A stretch of DNA of 63,022 nt, filler included, from Coriobacteriales bacterium (GTDB taxonomy: Bacteria; Actinomycetota; Coriobacteriia; Coriobacteriales; UBA8131), in assembly GCA_031263105.1 (NCBI GenBank). It is 4 parts of 4 records of this genome, joined end to end, with 100 filler letters (N's around TTAATTAATTAA, not from the genome) between each part and the next. Parts side by side here need not be neighbours in the genome. Positions count along the whole stretch, not along the records: positions 26,957 to 53,245 come from JAISGJ010000065.1; 3 more parts are not named here. The stretch is one strand, 5' to 3'. This document shows, one piece after another, positions 28,516 through 38,751 of the stretch. The notes under the pieces were generated by a model, which saw nothing but the letters and a program-made list of their open reading frames with translations, made no database searches and had not been told where the DNA came from. Made by a program: the position numbers and the translations under genes. Each line of letters begins with the position of its first letter. Positions within the stretch are counted from its first letter, which is position 1.

Positions 28516-29784
28516 CTACACCGTGTAGGCCTCGAAGCGCGATACCAACGCAGGAGGGGCCTGGAGCTGCAGCGCCACGCCGTCCTCCGTGAAGTGCTCG
28601 CTGACGACGCTGCATCTCTCGTGCGCCAGCTGGACGAGGCTCCCTGACGCATAGGGAACCAGCACACTCAGCAAGACGCTCGCCGCAGCCATCACCTGCT
28701 CTATGCGCGTCGTCAGCCCATCGATTCCCTCTCCGGTCAACGCGCTGACGAACACCGCCTGGGGGAAGCGTGCCGCAAGGGTCTCCCGGACGTCCTCGTC
28801 CAGAAGGTCGCATTTGTTGAACACGAGGACCTGCGCAAGGCCGTGTGCGCCGATCTGCTCCAACACCTCCTGCACCGCCTGCATCTGCGCGTCGCGCTGG
28901 GGCGCGCTGACGTCCACCATGTGCAGGATGAGGTCGGCCTGGGATATCTCGTCAAGGGTCGACTTGAACGCCTCGACCAACGTGGTCGGGAGCTTCTGGA
29001 TGAAGCCGACCGTGTCGGTCAGCGTTATCTCGCGCCCCTCGGGGAGCACGAGCCTGCGCGTCGTCGAGTCGAGCGTCGCGAACAGCTTGTCATATGCAAG
29101 CACATCGGCCCCTGTCAGGGCGTTGAGCAGGCTCGACTTCCCCGCGTTCGTGTATCCTGCAAGGGCGACCTTGAAGAGCGCGGAGGCCATGCGCGCCTTG
29201 CGCTGGGTCACCCGCTCGCCCTGCACCTTCCCGAGCTCCGCCTTGATGCTTCCGATCCGTTTGCGCACCATGCGACGGTCGACCTCGAGCTGGCTCTCGC
29301 CCTCGCCGAAGCGCGAGCCGACTCCGCCGCCCATACGGTTCGACGCGAGGTGCGACCACATGCCGCGCAGGCGCGGCAGAAGGTACTGGCTCTGCGCGAG
29401 CCTCACCTGCAGGCGTCCCTCCCTGCTGGTCGCATGCAGGGCGAAGATGTCGAGGATGAGCGCGGTGCGGTCGATGATCTTGACGTCGCCGATCTCCTTC
29501 TCGAGGTTCGACTGCTGGGTAGGACTCAGCTCGTCGTCGAAGACGACGACGTCGGCCGCGAGCGCGCGTGCGGCAGTCGCGACCTCGACGACCTTGCCTT
29601 TGCCGATAAAGGTCCGTGCGTTAGGGGTGGAGAGCCTCTGCGAGAGCGTGCCGACGACCTCGGCGCCGTCGGTGTCGACCAGGCGCCCCAACTCGGCGAG
29701 GGACTCTTCCAAGGGCCACTCGGCCGCGCCACGGTCTATGCCGACCAGGAGCGCCCGCTCCGCAGGCACTGCGGTGTCATGCAT
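28516..29784 (-). CDS. hflX: Ribosome-splitting GTPase HflX
   Basis: GYTNAGKS, LFATLD, DTVGF and NKCD. Confidence 0.96.
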   Translation of the reverse strand: MHDTAVPAERALLVGIDRGAAEWPLEESLAELGRLVDTDGAEVVGTLSQRLSTPNARTFIGKGKVVEVATAARALAADVVVFDDELSPTQQSNLEKEIGDVKIIDRTALILDIFALHATSREGRLQVRLAQSQYLLPRLRGMWSHLASNRMGGGVGSRFGEGESQLEVDRRMVRKRIGSIKAELGKVQGERVTQRKARMASALFKVALAGYTNAGKSSLLNALTGADVLAYDKLFATLDSTTRRLVLPEGREITLTDTVGFIQKLPTTLVEAFKSTLDEISQADLILHMVDVSAPQRDAQMQAVQEVLEQIGAHGLAQVLVFNKCDLLDEDVRETLAARFPQAVFVSALTGEGIDGLTTRIEQVMAAASVLLSVLVPYASGSLVQLAHERCSVVSEHFTEDGVALQLQAPPALVSRFEAYTV

Positions 29785-29858
29785 CGGTTCTTTTATGGGT
29801 GCCTCCTCTCGCCTTTCGGACCGTCCTGCAAGGTGTCGAACTATTGTAAGATACTTCA

Positions 29859-30749
29859 ATGTCCAAAACACTGAAAAACGCGCTCTTGGTCTTTGCCGGC
29901 GGCTGGTGCTACGGCGTCATGGTGCCCTTGGTGCACGTCGCCCATTCCATGGGGTACGACACGCTCCAGATAATGGTGGCCCAATACCTCGTCGGCGCGC
30001 TCGCGTTAGGGCTCGCCGTCGCGCTCTTCTCCCGCCGCCGCGTGCCGCTGGGGCAGGCCCTTCGCCTGGCGGGCGTCGGTGCCGTCGCGGCGGGAACAAG
30101 CTTCGGATACTATCACGCGCTCGCCCTGCTCTCCTCTGCTGCGGCCCTCACCCTGCTCTTCCAGTTCGTCTGGATGGGCGTGCTTCTCCAAGCCGTCCTT
30201 GAGCGGAAGCCGCCTGACCGCATGACCGCCCTGTCCATGGTGCTGGTCTTGGGAGGAACCGTCTTCGCCGCCGGCCTCCTTGAGTGGAACGAGAGCCCCC
30301 TCGACCCCCTCGGAATCTTCTACGGGCTGCTCTCTGCGGTATGCTACACCGCGTTCCTGCACCTGAGCAGCAGGGTCGCCACCGACCTGCCGACCGTGAA
30401 CCGCACCTTCTTCACGAGCACGGGCAGCCTCGTCGCCTCGCTCTGCATCGCACCCGCCTTCATCTCGACCGCCGTGCCCTCGGGGGACTTCCTTTGGTTC
30501 ACGGTCCCCCTCGCGCTCATCGGCATCGTCTTGCCGGTGTTCCTCATCCAGAAGGGGTCCACAGAGATTCCCGGCAGCGTGACCACCATCATGGCCTCAA
30601 GCGAGCTGCCCAGCGGCATTATCATGGGGGCGCTCTTCGTCAACGACCTGGTCACCCTCCCCGAGGTGCTCGGCGTCGTCGTCATCCTCGGAGGCATCGT
30701 CCTCTCCCAACTCGACGAGCTGCGCGGCCGACGGGCTGCCTCCCCCTGA
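29859..30749 (+). CDS. EamA/DMT-family transporter
   Basis: About 10 TM helices in two repeats; LLFQF and SELP motifs. Confidence 0.85.
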   Translation: MSKTLKNALLVFAGGWCYGVMVPLVHVAHSMGYDTLQIMVAQYLVGALALGLAVALFSRRRVPLGQALRLAGVGAVAAGTSFGYYHALALLSSAAALTLLFQFVWMGVLLQAVLERKPPDRMTALSMVLVLGGTVFAAGLLEWNESPLDPLGIFYGLLSAVCYTAFLHLSSRVATDLPTVNRTFFTSTGSLVASLCIAPAFISTAVPSGDFLWFTVPLALIGIVLPVFLIQKGSTEIPGSVTTIMASSELPSGIIMGALFVNDLVTLPEVLGVVVILGGIVLSQLDELRGRRAASP

Positions 30750-30820
30750 CCGGACACGCCGCCCTGTCATAGGGAAGCGCCGAGCACGTGCCTGTGCGTC
30801 AGCTGTGCGTCAGCTGTTCG

Positions 30821-33313
30821 TCACCCGCATGCCTTCTCAAGGGAGCCTTGGTAGATCCCGGCCAGCTCGGCAAGGGGGAGGGAGATTCTGCCTGCGACCC
30901 TGAGCGCCGTGCCGCCCACCTCGCCGATGACGCTGTAGGGAACCTTCGCGTCGGCGAGCATCCCGAGGAAGACATCGACGTCTGCGTCCGCGACGCTGAC
31001 GAGGATGCGGCTCTGCGACTCGGAGAACAGCGACGCGACGGACGGCAGGGCATCGTCCAGCACGACCTCGGCACCGATGCCGCCCGCGATGCAGCACTCC
31101 GCCAAGGCGACCGCCACGCCTCCGTCGCTACAGTCGTGGGCGCTCGCGAGCAGGCTGCGGCGCACGGCAGTGCGCACGAGGCACTGCACGTCGCCCTCCA
31201 GTTCGAGGTCGAGGGCGGGCGGGCGGCCCGCAACGCAGCCATGCAGCACCTTGAGGTACTCGCTGCCGCCCAGCTCGTCGCCGGTCTCACCCACCAAGAC
31301 GATGGTATCGCCCGCCTGCTTGAAGGCCGTCGTCGCAAGGGCCCGCACGTCCTCCACCAGGCCCACGATGCCCACGACAGGCGTCGGATAGATGGCATGG
31401 CCGAAGCTCTCGTTATAGAAGCTCACGTTGCCGCTGACGACCGGGATGCCGTACTGCGCACAGGCGTCCGCCAGGCCTCGCACCGCCTCGCGGAAGGTCC
31501 AGAAGACCTCGGGCTTCTCCGGGTTGCCGAAGTTCAGGCAGTCCGTGATGGCCGCAGGCTCGGCACCGACGCAGGCAAGGTTGCGTGCGGCCTCCGCAAG
31601 GGCGATCTGCGCGCCCACGTAAGGGTCGAGGTAGCAGTAGCGCCCGTTGCCGTCGGTCGAGGCCGCGATGCCGCGCGTGCTCGTCTCGCCGCGCCCCGTC
31701 TCGCCGATGCGCAGCACGGCCGCATCGGAACCGGGCAGCACCGCCGTGTTGTTCATGACCTGATGGTCGTACTGGCGCCAGACCCATGCCTTGGAGGCGA
31801 TGTTGGGGCTGGCGAGCAGGGCGAGAAGCGCGGCGTTGAACGGCGCGGAATCCGAGGCGGCATCCGAGGCGGCGCCCGCAGCGCCCGAGAGGGCGGCATC
31901 CGAGGCGGCGCCCGAGAGGGCGGCGGCCCCGGCGGCGGCATCCGCACGACCTACATCCGCAGGCATATCCGCAGGCACGCCCACGAGCCCACGCTCGACG
32001 AGGCAGCCATGAAGCAACGCCGCATCCGCCGCCGTCTCATAGACGAAGCCGAGGTCGTAGCCCTGGAGTCCGTCGAGATAGGCGGGACGCACCGCCACGG
32101 GGTCGTATTCCGGCGCAGACTCCGCCAGCATCTCGGCCGGCATGTCCGCAACGATGTCGGCACCGACGGGCAGCTCGGAGTCGCGCACCACGAAGCGCCC
32201 CGTCCCCGTGATGGTGCCGATGGCCGTGCAGGCCACGCCCCAACGCAGGCAGGCCTCCTCCACGGCGCCGTAGTCTGCGGGGCGCACCACCGCGAGCATG
32301 CGCTCCTGCGACTCGCTCACCATGATCTCGAAAGGCTGCATCGCCGTCTCGCGCTGCGGCACCTTGCGCACGTCGATGTCGATTCCCACGCCGCCACGGC
32401 TCGCCATCTCGGAGGCCGAGCTCGTCAGCCCTGCTGCGCCGAGGTCGCCCAGGGCGACGAACAGGCCGCGCCTCAGAAGCTCGAGGCAGACCTCGATGAG
32501 CAGCTTCTCCTCGACGGGGTCGCCCACCTGCACGGCAGGCCGCTTGTTCTCCGCCGCCTCGTCGAACTCCTGGCTCGCCAGCACGCTCGCGCCGCCGATG
32601 CCGTCGCGCCCCGTCGAGGAGCCGATGAGCACCACGAGGTTGCCGGGGCCGGAGCCGACGGCACGCGTCAGGTCCTCCTCGCGCATCAGGCCGATGGCCA
32701 TGGCATTGATGAGGCAGTTGCCCTCGTAGGCCTCCTCGAAGCAGACCTCGCCGCCGACGGTCGGCACACCGAGGCAGTTGCCGTATGAGCCGATGCCCGC
32801 GACCGCCCCCTCGAAGAGGTAGCGCTGTCTCGGCTTGTCGAGTGTGCCGAAGCGCAGCGAGTCGAGGCTTGCGATAGGGCGTGCGCCCATGGTGAAGATG
32901 TCGCGGATGATGCCGCCCACACCGGTCGCCGCGCCCTCGAAGGGCTCGATGGCGCTCGGATGGTTGTGCGACTCCATCTTGAAGGCGACCGCCCAGCCGT
33001 CGCCCACACGTATCACGCCGGCGTTCTCGCCGGGCCCTTGCAGCACGTGCTCCCCTTCGCTCGCAAAGCGCCGCAGCTGCTTCTTGGAATGCTTGTAGGA
33101 GCAGTGCTCGCTCCACATGAGCGAATAGATGTACAGCTCGGTGAGGGAGGGCACACGTCCCTGCGTGGCCACCACCCTCTCGTACTCGTCCAGGCTGAGC
33201 CCCAGACGCACCGCGACCTCGGGGGCGAGGGCCGCGTCGAGCGTGACGACCGTGTCCGTCACAGGTGCGGGGATACCGGCAGGCGGGGCAGTCGCGGTGG
33301 TGTCGCTCATCAT
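30821..33313 (-). CDS. purL: Phosphoribosylformylglycinamidine synthase subunit PurL
   Basis: WSEHCSYK, ESHNHPS, GRDGIGG, SESQERM and GNVSFYN. Confidence 0.97.
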   Translation of the reverse strand: MMSDTTATAPPAGIPAPVTDTVVTLDAALAPEVAVRLGLSLDEYERVVATQGRVPSLTELYIYSLMWSEHCSYKHSKKQLRRFASEGEHVLQGPGENAGVIRVGDGWAVAFKMESHNHPSAIEPFEGAATGVGGIIRDIFTMGARPIASLDSLRFGTLDKPRQRYLFEGAVAGIGSYGNCLGVPTVGGEVCFEEAYEGNCLINAMAIGLMREEDLTRAVGSGPGNLVVLIGSSTGRDGIGGASVLASQEFDEAAENKRPAVQVGDPVEEKLLIEVCLELLRRGLFVALGDLGAAGLTSSASEMASRGGVGIDIDVRKVPQRETAMQPFEIMVSESQERMLAVVRPADYGAVEEACLRWGVACTAIGTITGTGRFVVRDSELPVGADIVADMPAEMLAESAPEYDPVAVRPAYLDGLQGYDLGFVYETAADAALLHGCLVERGLVGVPADMPADVGRADAAAGAAALSGAASDAALSGAAGAASDAASDSAPFNAALLALLASPNIASKAWVWRQYDHQVMNNTAVLPGSDAAVLRIGETGRGETSTRGIAASTDGNGRYCYLDPYVGAQIALAEAARNLACVGAEPAAITDCLNFGNPEKPEVFWTFREAVRGLADACAQYGIPVVSGNVSFYNESFGHAIYPTPVVGIVGLVEDVRALATTAFKQAGDTIVLVGETGDELGGSEYLKVLHGCVAGRPPALDLELEGDVQCLVRTAVRRSLLASAHDCSDGGVAVALAECCIAGGIGAEVVLDDALPSVASLFSESQSRILVSVADADVDVFLGMLADAKVPYSVIGEVGGTALRVAGRISLPLAELAGIYQGSLEKACG

Positions 33314-34137
33314 CCCAGCACCTTTCGGACGGAGGAGGCGATCGCGGTGAAGAAGGCGGCGCCGTCGGTGGCACGCCCGCCTGAGAGGCCGTCGCACACG
33401 CGCTCAGGGTGGGGCATGAGGCCGAAGACGTTGCCGCGCTCGTTGCAGATGCCGGCGATGTCGTCGAACGCGCCGTTGGGAGCGCTGCCGTCCGGGGCGC
33501 GGCTTCCGTCCGGGGCACAGTAGCGCAGGACTATCTGTCCGTTGCCCTCAAGCCGCGCACGCGTCGCATCGTCGCAGAAGTAGTTGCCCTCGTTGTGGTT
33601 GATGGGGACATCGACCACCGTGCCCGGCGCAAGGTCGAGCCATTCGCAGACGCTTTGCTCGACCCGCAGGTGGACGCTCTCGCAGATGAACTTCATCCCC
33701 GCATTGCGCAGCAGCGCGCCGGGGAGAAGATGGGCCTCCGTGAGTATCTGAAAGCCGTTGCAGATGCCGATGACAGGGCGCCCTGCACGCGCGTAGGCAA
33801 TCACGGACTCCATCACGGGCGAGAAGCGGGCGATGGCGCCGCAGCGCAGGTAGTCCCCGTAAGAGAAGCCGCCGGGCAGCACCACGGCATCGAAGGGGTC
33901 GAGGTCGGTGTCCTGGTGCCAGACGTAACGGGCATCGAAGCCAAGGAAGCGCAGGGCGTATGCGACGTCCTGCTCGCAGTTGGAGCCGGGAAACACCACC
34001 ACCCCGAAGCGCGCGGCGCCCGTGCCCAACCCCGCAGCGCCCGCCGCCGAACCTGCTCCCATGCCCACCGAACCTGCTCCCGCCGCCGTGCCCACGCCCA
34101 CGCCGCCGCCTGCACCCGCAGCACGGCTCGCGCTCAC
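33310..34137 (-). CDS. purQ: FGAM synthase glutaminase subunit PurQ
   Basis: FPGSNC, GGFSYGDYLR, GICNGFQ and MPHPER. Confidence 0.95.
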   Translation of the reverse strand: MSASRAAGAGGGVGVGTAAGAGSVGMGAGSAAGAAGLGTGAARFGVVVFPGSNCEQDVAYALRFLGFDARYVWHQDTDLDPFDAVVLPGGFSYGDYLRCGAIARFSPVMESVIAYARAGRPVIGICNGFQILTEAHLLPGALLRNAGMKFICESVHLRVEQSVCEWLDLAPGTVVDVPINHNEGNYFCDDATRARLEGNGQIVLRYCAPDGSRAPDGSAPNGAFDDIAGICNERGNVFGLMPHPERVCDGLSGGRATDGAAFFTAIASSVRKVLG

Positions 34138-34373
34138 AGTTCCACCTGTTCGATGCGGAAGTCCTCGATGATGGGATTGGCGAGCAGCTTCTCGCACATC
34201 TCGGTCACCTCCTCCAAGCCGACGCCATCCTCGCACCTCATCTGGATGAACTTGCCGATCTTGAGGTCGGCCACCCCTTCGTAGCCGAGGTTCTCCAAGG
34301 CGTTCTGGGCCGTCTTGCCTGCCGGGTCGAAGATGCCCTGCTTTCCCGTGACGAAGATCCGATACTCTTTCAT
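34134..34373 (-). CDS. purS: FGAM synthase subunit PurS
   Basis: K.GIFDPAG, IGK and CEKLLANPIIEDF. Confidence 0.93.
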   Translation of the reverse strand: MKEYRIFVTGKQGIFDPAGKTAQNALENLGYEGVADLKIGKFIQMRCEDGVGLEEVTEMCEKLLANPIIEDFRIEQVEL

Positions 34374-34434
34374 GGGCCTCTCCTCCAAGGTCTGTCCCTG
34401 CAACCGGCGCTCGCCTCCGGGCGTGAGCGTGTCC

Positions 34435-35157
34435 CTACGATGGGCCTTCGTCCCCGGGCGTGAGCGTGTCCTTGCGCACCTTGCGCCGGGACGACTTCTT
34501 GGCAATGCGCGCCGCCTTGCGAGCGGCCTCGATGGCCTCGGCGCGCTCCTTCGCCTCCTGTTCGTGCTTGAGCTGCTTGGGGGACTTGTTGGCACCGGCG
34601 CTTGCCTGGTGCGCCTTTATCAGCGGCCGCACCTTCCTGAAATCGACGACAAGGGCGGAGATGATGGGCACATAGGCAACGGCGAGGAAGAACATCCAGT
34701 TCTGCGGGCTGAGGGCCTGCGCTATGAAGGCGACGACCACCGCAACCGCGCCGATGCCGAGGAGCACCCAATAGACCTTGCGCCACTTCTTGTATTCCGC
34801 AGACGTCGGCATGTTGGGAGGCGGCGCGACGAGCTTTCCAAAGAAGCCCTTTGGCTGGGACAGCTGGGACGGCACGATTGCCTTGGCCCCCTTGCCTTCC
34901 TTGCCCTCTTCGCCCCCGCTGCTCTCCAGCTTTGCCTTCTCTGCCTGCTTGCGGGCCCTCTCCCCGGCCTTGAGTTCCGCCTCCCTCTCACGGGCCTTCC
35001 GGGCGGCACGCTTCTCGCCGGCTGTCTGGGGCTTCTTCTTGATATGGACGGACGAGGCCGCCTGGGCTGCCGGTTTCGCCCGGGCCGCCGACTTGCGTGT
35101 CTGCCCGCCGGGCCCGTCGCCCTGATAGCGCTCGTTCATGGGGTTCCTCTGTGCCAT
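34435..35157 (-). CDS. Basic two-TM membrane protein of unknown function
   Basis: AAAGGAG RBS; Lys/Arg-rich flanks around two hydrophobic helices. Confidence 0.75.
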   Translation of the reverse strand: MAQRNPMNERYQGDGPGGQTRKSAARAKPAAQAASSVHIKKKPQTAGEKRAARKAREREAELKAGERARKQAEKAKLESSGGEEGKEGKGAKAIVPSQLSQPKGFFGKLVAPPPNMPTSAEYKKWRKVYWVLLGIGAVAVVVAFIAQALSPQNWMFFLAVAYVPIISALVVDFRKVRPLIKAHQASAGANKSPKQLKHEQEAKERAEAIEAARKAARIAKKSSRRKVRKDTLTPGDEGPS

Positions 35158-35269
35158 ATGCCTTATCTCCTTTGAGTAAATAGCCCTGTCCACTATACCA
35201 AAAGGCCACTGCAAGAGGGACGCGAACGGCGAGACGGGGCAAGACGGGGCGAGACGGGCGAGCGGCAGA

Positions 35270-36172
35270 TCAAGCCGTGAGAGGCACGAAGGGGGTGCCG
35301 GTCAGGCGCTCGAAGGCCTGGATGTACTTCGCGGAGGTGGCCTCGACCACGTCGGCGGGGAGGCGGGGAGGCGTGCCCTGCATGTCCCAGTTCGCGGAGA
35401 GCCAGTCGCGCACGAACTGCTTGTCGAAGCTCGCCTGGGGCCTGCCGGGCGCATAGGCGTCCAGCGGCCAGAAGCGCGACGAGTCCGGCGTGAGCACCTC
35501 GTCGGCAAGCACCATCTGCCCGTCAGGCAGACGGCCGAACTCGAACTTCGTGTCCGCTATGACGATGCCGCGCTCCTGTGCGTAGTCGTGGGCGGCACGG
35601 TATACCGCAAGCGAGCGCTCGCGGAGCTGCCCGGCCTCGTCTGAACCCAGCATCTCGACCGTGCGGGCAAAGCTCACGTTCTCGTCGTGGTCGCCGACTG
35701 CGGCCTTGGTGGAGGGCGTGTACAGGGGCTCGTCGAGGCGACTGGACTCCACGAGCCCTTCCGGCAGCGGGATGCCGCACGCCGTCCCTCGCTCCCGGTA
35801 CTCCTTCAGCGCACTGCCGGCAAGATAGCCTCGGACGATGCACTCGACGGGAGACATCCGGGCCTTCCTGACGAGCATGAAACGCCCCGCAAGCTGCGAG
35901 GCAAAGGGGGCGAAGCGCAGAGGGAGGTCGCCTGTCTCGATGCTGAGCAGGTGGTTTGCCGTGACGTCCGCCAGCAGGTCGAACCAGAACAGCGACAGGC
36001 GCGTCAATATCTCCCCTTTGAAGGGGATGGTGTCCTCGAGTACATAGTCGAACGCCGAGAGGCGGTCCGACGCGACGAACAGGAGGCTGTCCCCCAGGTC
36101 GTAGAGGTCGCGGACCTTGCCCTGCGCGTCCGGCCTGATCGCCTCGCGCAACGTCTTCTGCCGTGCCATCAT
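35270..36172 (-). CDS. purC: SAICAR synthase
   Basis: GKVRDLY, SDRLSAFD, ECIVRGY, ADTKFEFG and DEVLTPDSSRFW. Confidence 0.97.
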   Translation of the reverse strand: MMARQKTLREAIRPDAQGKVRDLYDLGDSLLFVASDRLSAFDYVLEDTIPFKGEILTRLSLFWFDLLADVTANHLLSIETGDLPLRFAPFASQLAGRFMLVRKARMSPVECIVRGYLAGSALKEYRERGTACGIPLPEGLVESSRLDEPLYTPSTKAAVGDHDENVSFARTVEMLGSDEAGQLRERSLAVYRAAHDYAQERGIVIADTKFEFGRLPDGQMVLADEVLTPDSSRFWPLDAYAPGRPQASFDKQFVRDWLSANWDMQGTPPRLPADVVEATSAKYIQAFERLTGTPFVPLTA

Positions 36173-36186
36173 CCACCTTTCCTTTG

Positions 36187-36276
36187 TGCGGGCGCCCCGG
36201 CTGCGGGCGCTTGACCTGCGGTCGCCCCGGCTGCGGTCGCCTCGGTTGCGGGCGCCCCGGCTGCAGGCGCCCCGGC
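36187..36276. repeat. 6 x 15-bp intergenic tandem repeat
   Basis: TGCGG(G/T)CGCCCCGGC-like units. Confidence 0.8.
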
Positions 36277-36289
36277 CGGCCGGACAGCG

Positions 36290-37618
36290 CTATGCCGCCG
36301 GGCCGAACACCCTCACCACCGTCGCCTCCACGTGGTTGTCGTCTTCCGCCAGGCGCTGAGAGGAGGTGACGAAGCGCTCCTGCGTGCCGCAACCGACGAG
36401 CACCTCGCCGAAGTCAGGGCACTGCGGCGGGGCATCGACGACGAAGTACCTCTGCTGCGCGGAGTCGAAGCCGACGATATTGACGGTGGACTTGACGATG
36501 AGCCAGTCCCCCAGACGGACGACGGGGCACAGTGGCTGTCGGCTCACGTGCAGGTACCTGCCGTCCGCAAGCTCCTGGTAGGTCCCGAAGCGGGAGATTC
36601 CACCTGCATAGTCGTAGTTGTCCTCGATGCAGAAGGAGAACGCCCCGCCCACGTAGAGCGCATGGGAGACCCTGAGCGACTGTGGCAGCACCCTGAAGTC
36701 GACCGACCGGTCGTCTGCGCAGTTCAGCGCCGTGAGCTGGTAGTAGATGTTCGCGGTGTCGACACGGGGGACAAAGGTCACGACCCCCTCGGTGACAAGC
36801 GGGTTGGTGAGCATCCTCCCATGAGAGGTGAGGACGGTATAGGGCTCGCCCGGACGAACGCCGTCCTCTCCTTGGAGGGAGCCTGTCGGGGAGAAGGCGA
36901 GCGCCCGCAGGAAGGAGTCCTCCTGGTTCGCAGGGCCGGTCGCAAGGGGCATGACCGTCCAGTAGGCCTTGTCTCCCGCAACCGCAAGCATCGGCGGCTC
37001 GTAGTCGGCGCTGTTCTCCCCCACCAAGCGCGCCTCGCCGAGCGCGACCTGGGCAGCCCCTTGGCCGCCCAGCTGCGCAACGTACACCCACCACCGGAAG
37101 TCGCCCAGATCGAGCTCGACCCAGATGAGGACGTCCTTGCTGGCACGGGCATCATAGATGACGACGTTCCTGCCTTTGTTGACGGGTCCCTCGACCATCG
37201 TCGTTGCCGCACCGGTGCCCAGGTCGAGCATTCCGAGCTTCCGCAGGCTCTCGCCCTCCCCTCCCGGAAGCAGCGCGAGCGCAGCCGTCGCGTCAACCTG
37301 ATGGACAAGGCTGCCGGACGGCAGGTCCCAGGTCGCCTCGAGCCTCACATGCTCCGCGAACGGCACTTCCTCGAACGCTGCCGCCTCGAGCACCTGCTCG
37401 GACGCGACATCGAGGGTCACGATGTCCTCGTCCTCGACAGCCTTGAGGACCATGTCCTCGGCCTTCGGCTCCTTGGCGGAGGCGCATCCGCCCAAGGCGG
37501 CCGCTCCCCCCATGGCGACGGCGGCCATCCCGCCAGCGGCGGCAACCGTCCGCGCCACGAAGTCACGGCGCGAGAGCGTGGGCGCCTGCAGGGGGTCATT
37601 TTGTTCTTTGTCCGTCAC
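36290..37618 (-). CDS. Tat-exported lipoprotein of unknown function
   Basis: SRRDFV Tat motif and LGGC lipobox. Confidence 0.78.
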   Translation of the reverse strand: MTDKEQNDPLQAPTLSRRDFVARTVAAAGGMAAVAMGGAAALGGCASAKEPKAEDMVLKAVEDEDIVTLDVASEQVLEAAAFEEVPFAEHVRLEATWDLPSGSLVHQVDATAALALLPGGEGESLRKLGMLDLGTGAATTMVEGPVNKGRNVVIYDARASKDVLIWVELDLGDFRWWVYVAQLGGQGAAQVALGEARLVGENSADYEPPMLAVAGDKAYWTVMPLATGPANQEDSFLRALAFSPTGSLQGEDGVRPGEPYTVLTSHGRMLTNPLVTEGVVTFVPRVDTANIYYQLTALNCADDRSVDFRVLPQSLRVSHALYVGGAFSFCIEDNYDYAGGISRFGTYQELADGRYLHVSRQPLCPVVRLGDWLIVKSTVNIVGFDSAQQRYFVVDAPPQCPDFGEVLVGCGTQERFVTSSQRLAEDDNHVEATVVRVFGPAA

Positions 37619-37640
37619 CTGTGTACTCGTTGTCCGTGTT

Positions 37641-37952
37641 GTTACTGTTCACACCCCACTGTCATCCCGGCCCCACTGTCATCCCGGCCCCCACTGTCAT
37701 CCCGAGCCTGCCGAGGGATCCTCGGCCGCGCAAGCGGTCGACCGCAGCTCGAAGGGCCCTCTGGCCTGCCGTTGGACACTGCGTGTTCCGTGGGCCTGTC
37801 GGTTCCATGGGCTCACCCGCTGCTTCGCAGCTTCGCCCCGCGACAGCCCACTGGGCTGTCGCGCCGTCCTCGCTGAAAACGCGGTGCGTTTTCCGGGCGC
37901 TCGGACCCAAGGATTCCTCGGCGGAGCTCGGAATGACAGTGGGAGTGCGAAC
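37641..37952. mobile_element. GTTAC-family MITE with 8-bp TSD TCCGTGTT and extra internal module
   Basis: TSD at 37633-37640 and 37953-37960; triplicated CCCCACTGTCATCCCG at the left end. Confidence 0.88.
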
Positions 37953-38008
37953 TCCGTGTTCCGATCATGTGCCGTGCGCCGAACCTTCCTAAAGCACGAC
38001 CCTGTATA

Positions 38009-38017
38009 TGGTACAGT
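38009..38017 (+). promoter_or_regulatory. Extended -10 promoter
   Basis: TGGTACAGT upstream of the gene at 38110. Confidence 0.55.
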
Positions 38018-38109
38018 AAGCCTAGACCTGATGTGCGAAGCGTTGCAGAACAATCATCAAGTGCCACAACTGACACCCGGACAGGACAGAAGGGCGGCAT
38101 TCCTCTTCC

Positions 38110-38724
38110 ATGAGACCCCTCATAACCATCAGCAGGCAGTACGGAAGCGGCGGACGTGAGATCGGCGAGCGTGTCGCCACGCTGCTCGGTTACGCCTATT
38201 ACGACCATGAGCTTATCAAGCGCGCCGCCCAGGAAGGCGATTTTGACGAGGACCTCGTTCGAGAGGACGGCGAGGGGGTCTTCGGCAGGCTCTCAAGCCT
38301 GCTGTCCTATGCGCACACCGTCGTCGGCAAGGACGAGGACACCCTGCCCCTCCCCGACAGGATGTTCCTGGTACAGTCACGCATCATCAAGCAGATAGCC
38401 GACGAGGGCCCCTGCGTCATCATAGGGCACAGCGCCGACTACCTCCTTGCGGACCGCCCCGGGCTGCTCAACGTCTATGTCCATTCCGACTGGGACGTCC
38501 GCGTCGCCCGCGTCATGGCGCGCAACGGGCTGAGCGAGCACGATGCCGTTGCCCGCATCAGGAAGATCGACCGCCAGCGGTCGGTGTTCTACGAGCAGCA
38601 CACCGGGCAGAAGTGGGGAGCGACGGAAAGCTGCCACCTCTCGCTCTCAAGCTCGTACTTCGGCATCGAGGGCGCCACCGCCCTGATCGTCGCAGTCGCA
38701 ACGGGGGCGGGCGACGCCCCGTGA
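38110..38724 (+). CDS. Cytidylate kinase-like family protein
   Basis: ITISRQYGSGGREIG, CVIIGH.ADY and D..R..FY. Confidence 0.87.
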   Translation: MRPLITISRQYGSGGREIGERVATLLGYAYYDHELIKRAAQEGDFDEDLVREDGEGVFGRLSSLLSYAHTVVGKDEDTLPLPDRMFLVQSRIIKQIADEGPCVIIGHSADYLLADRPGLLNVYVHSDWDVRVARVMARNGLSEHDAVARIRKIDRQRSVFYEQHTGQKWGATESCHLSLSSSYFGIEGATALIVAVATGAGDAP

Positions 38725-38751
38725 CGCCTGCTGACGCACAGACAGCGAACG

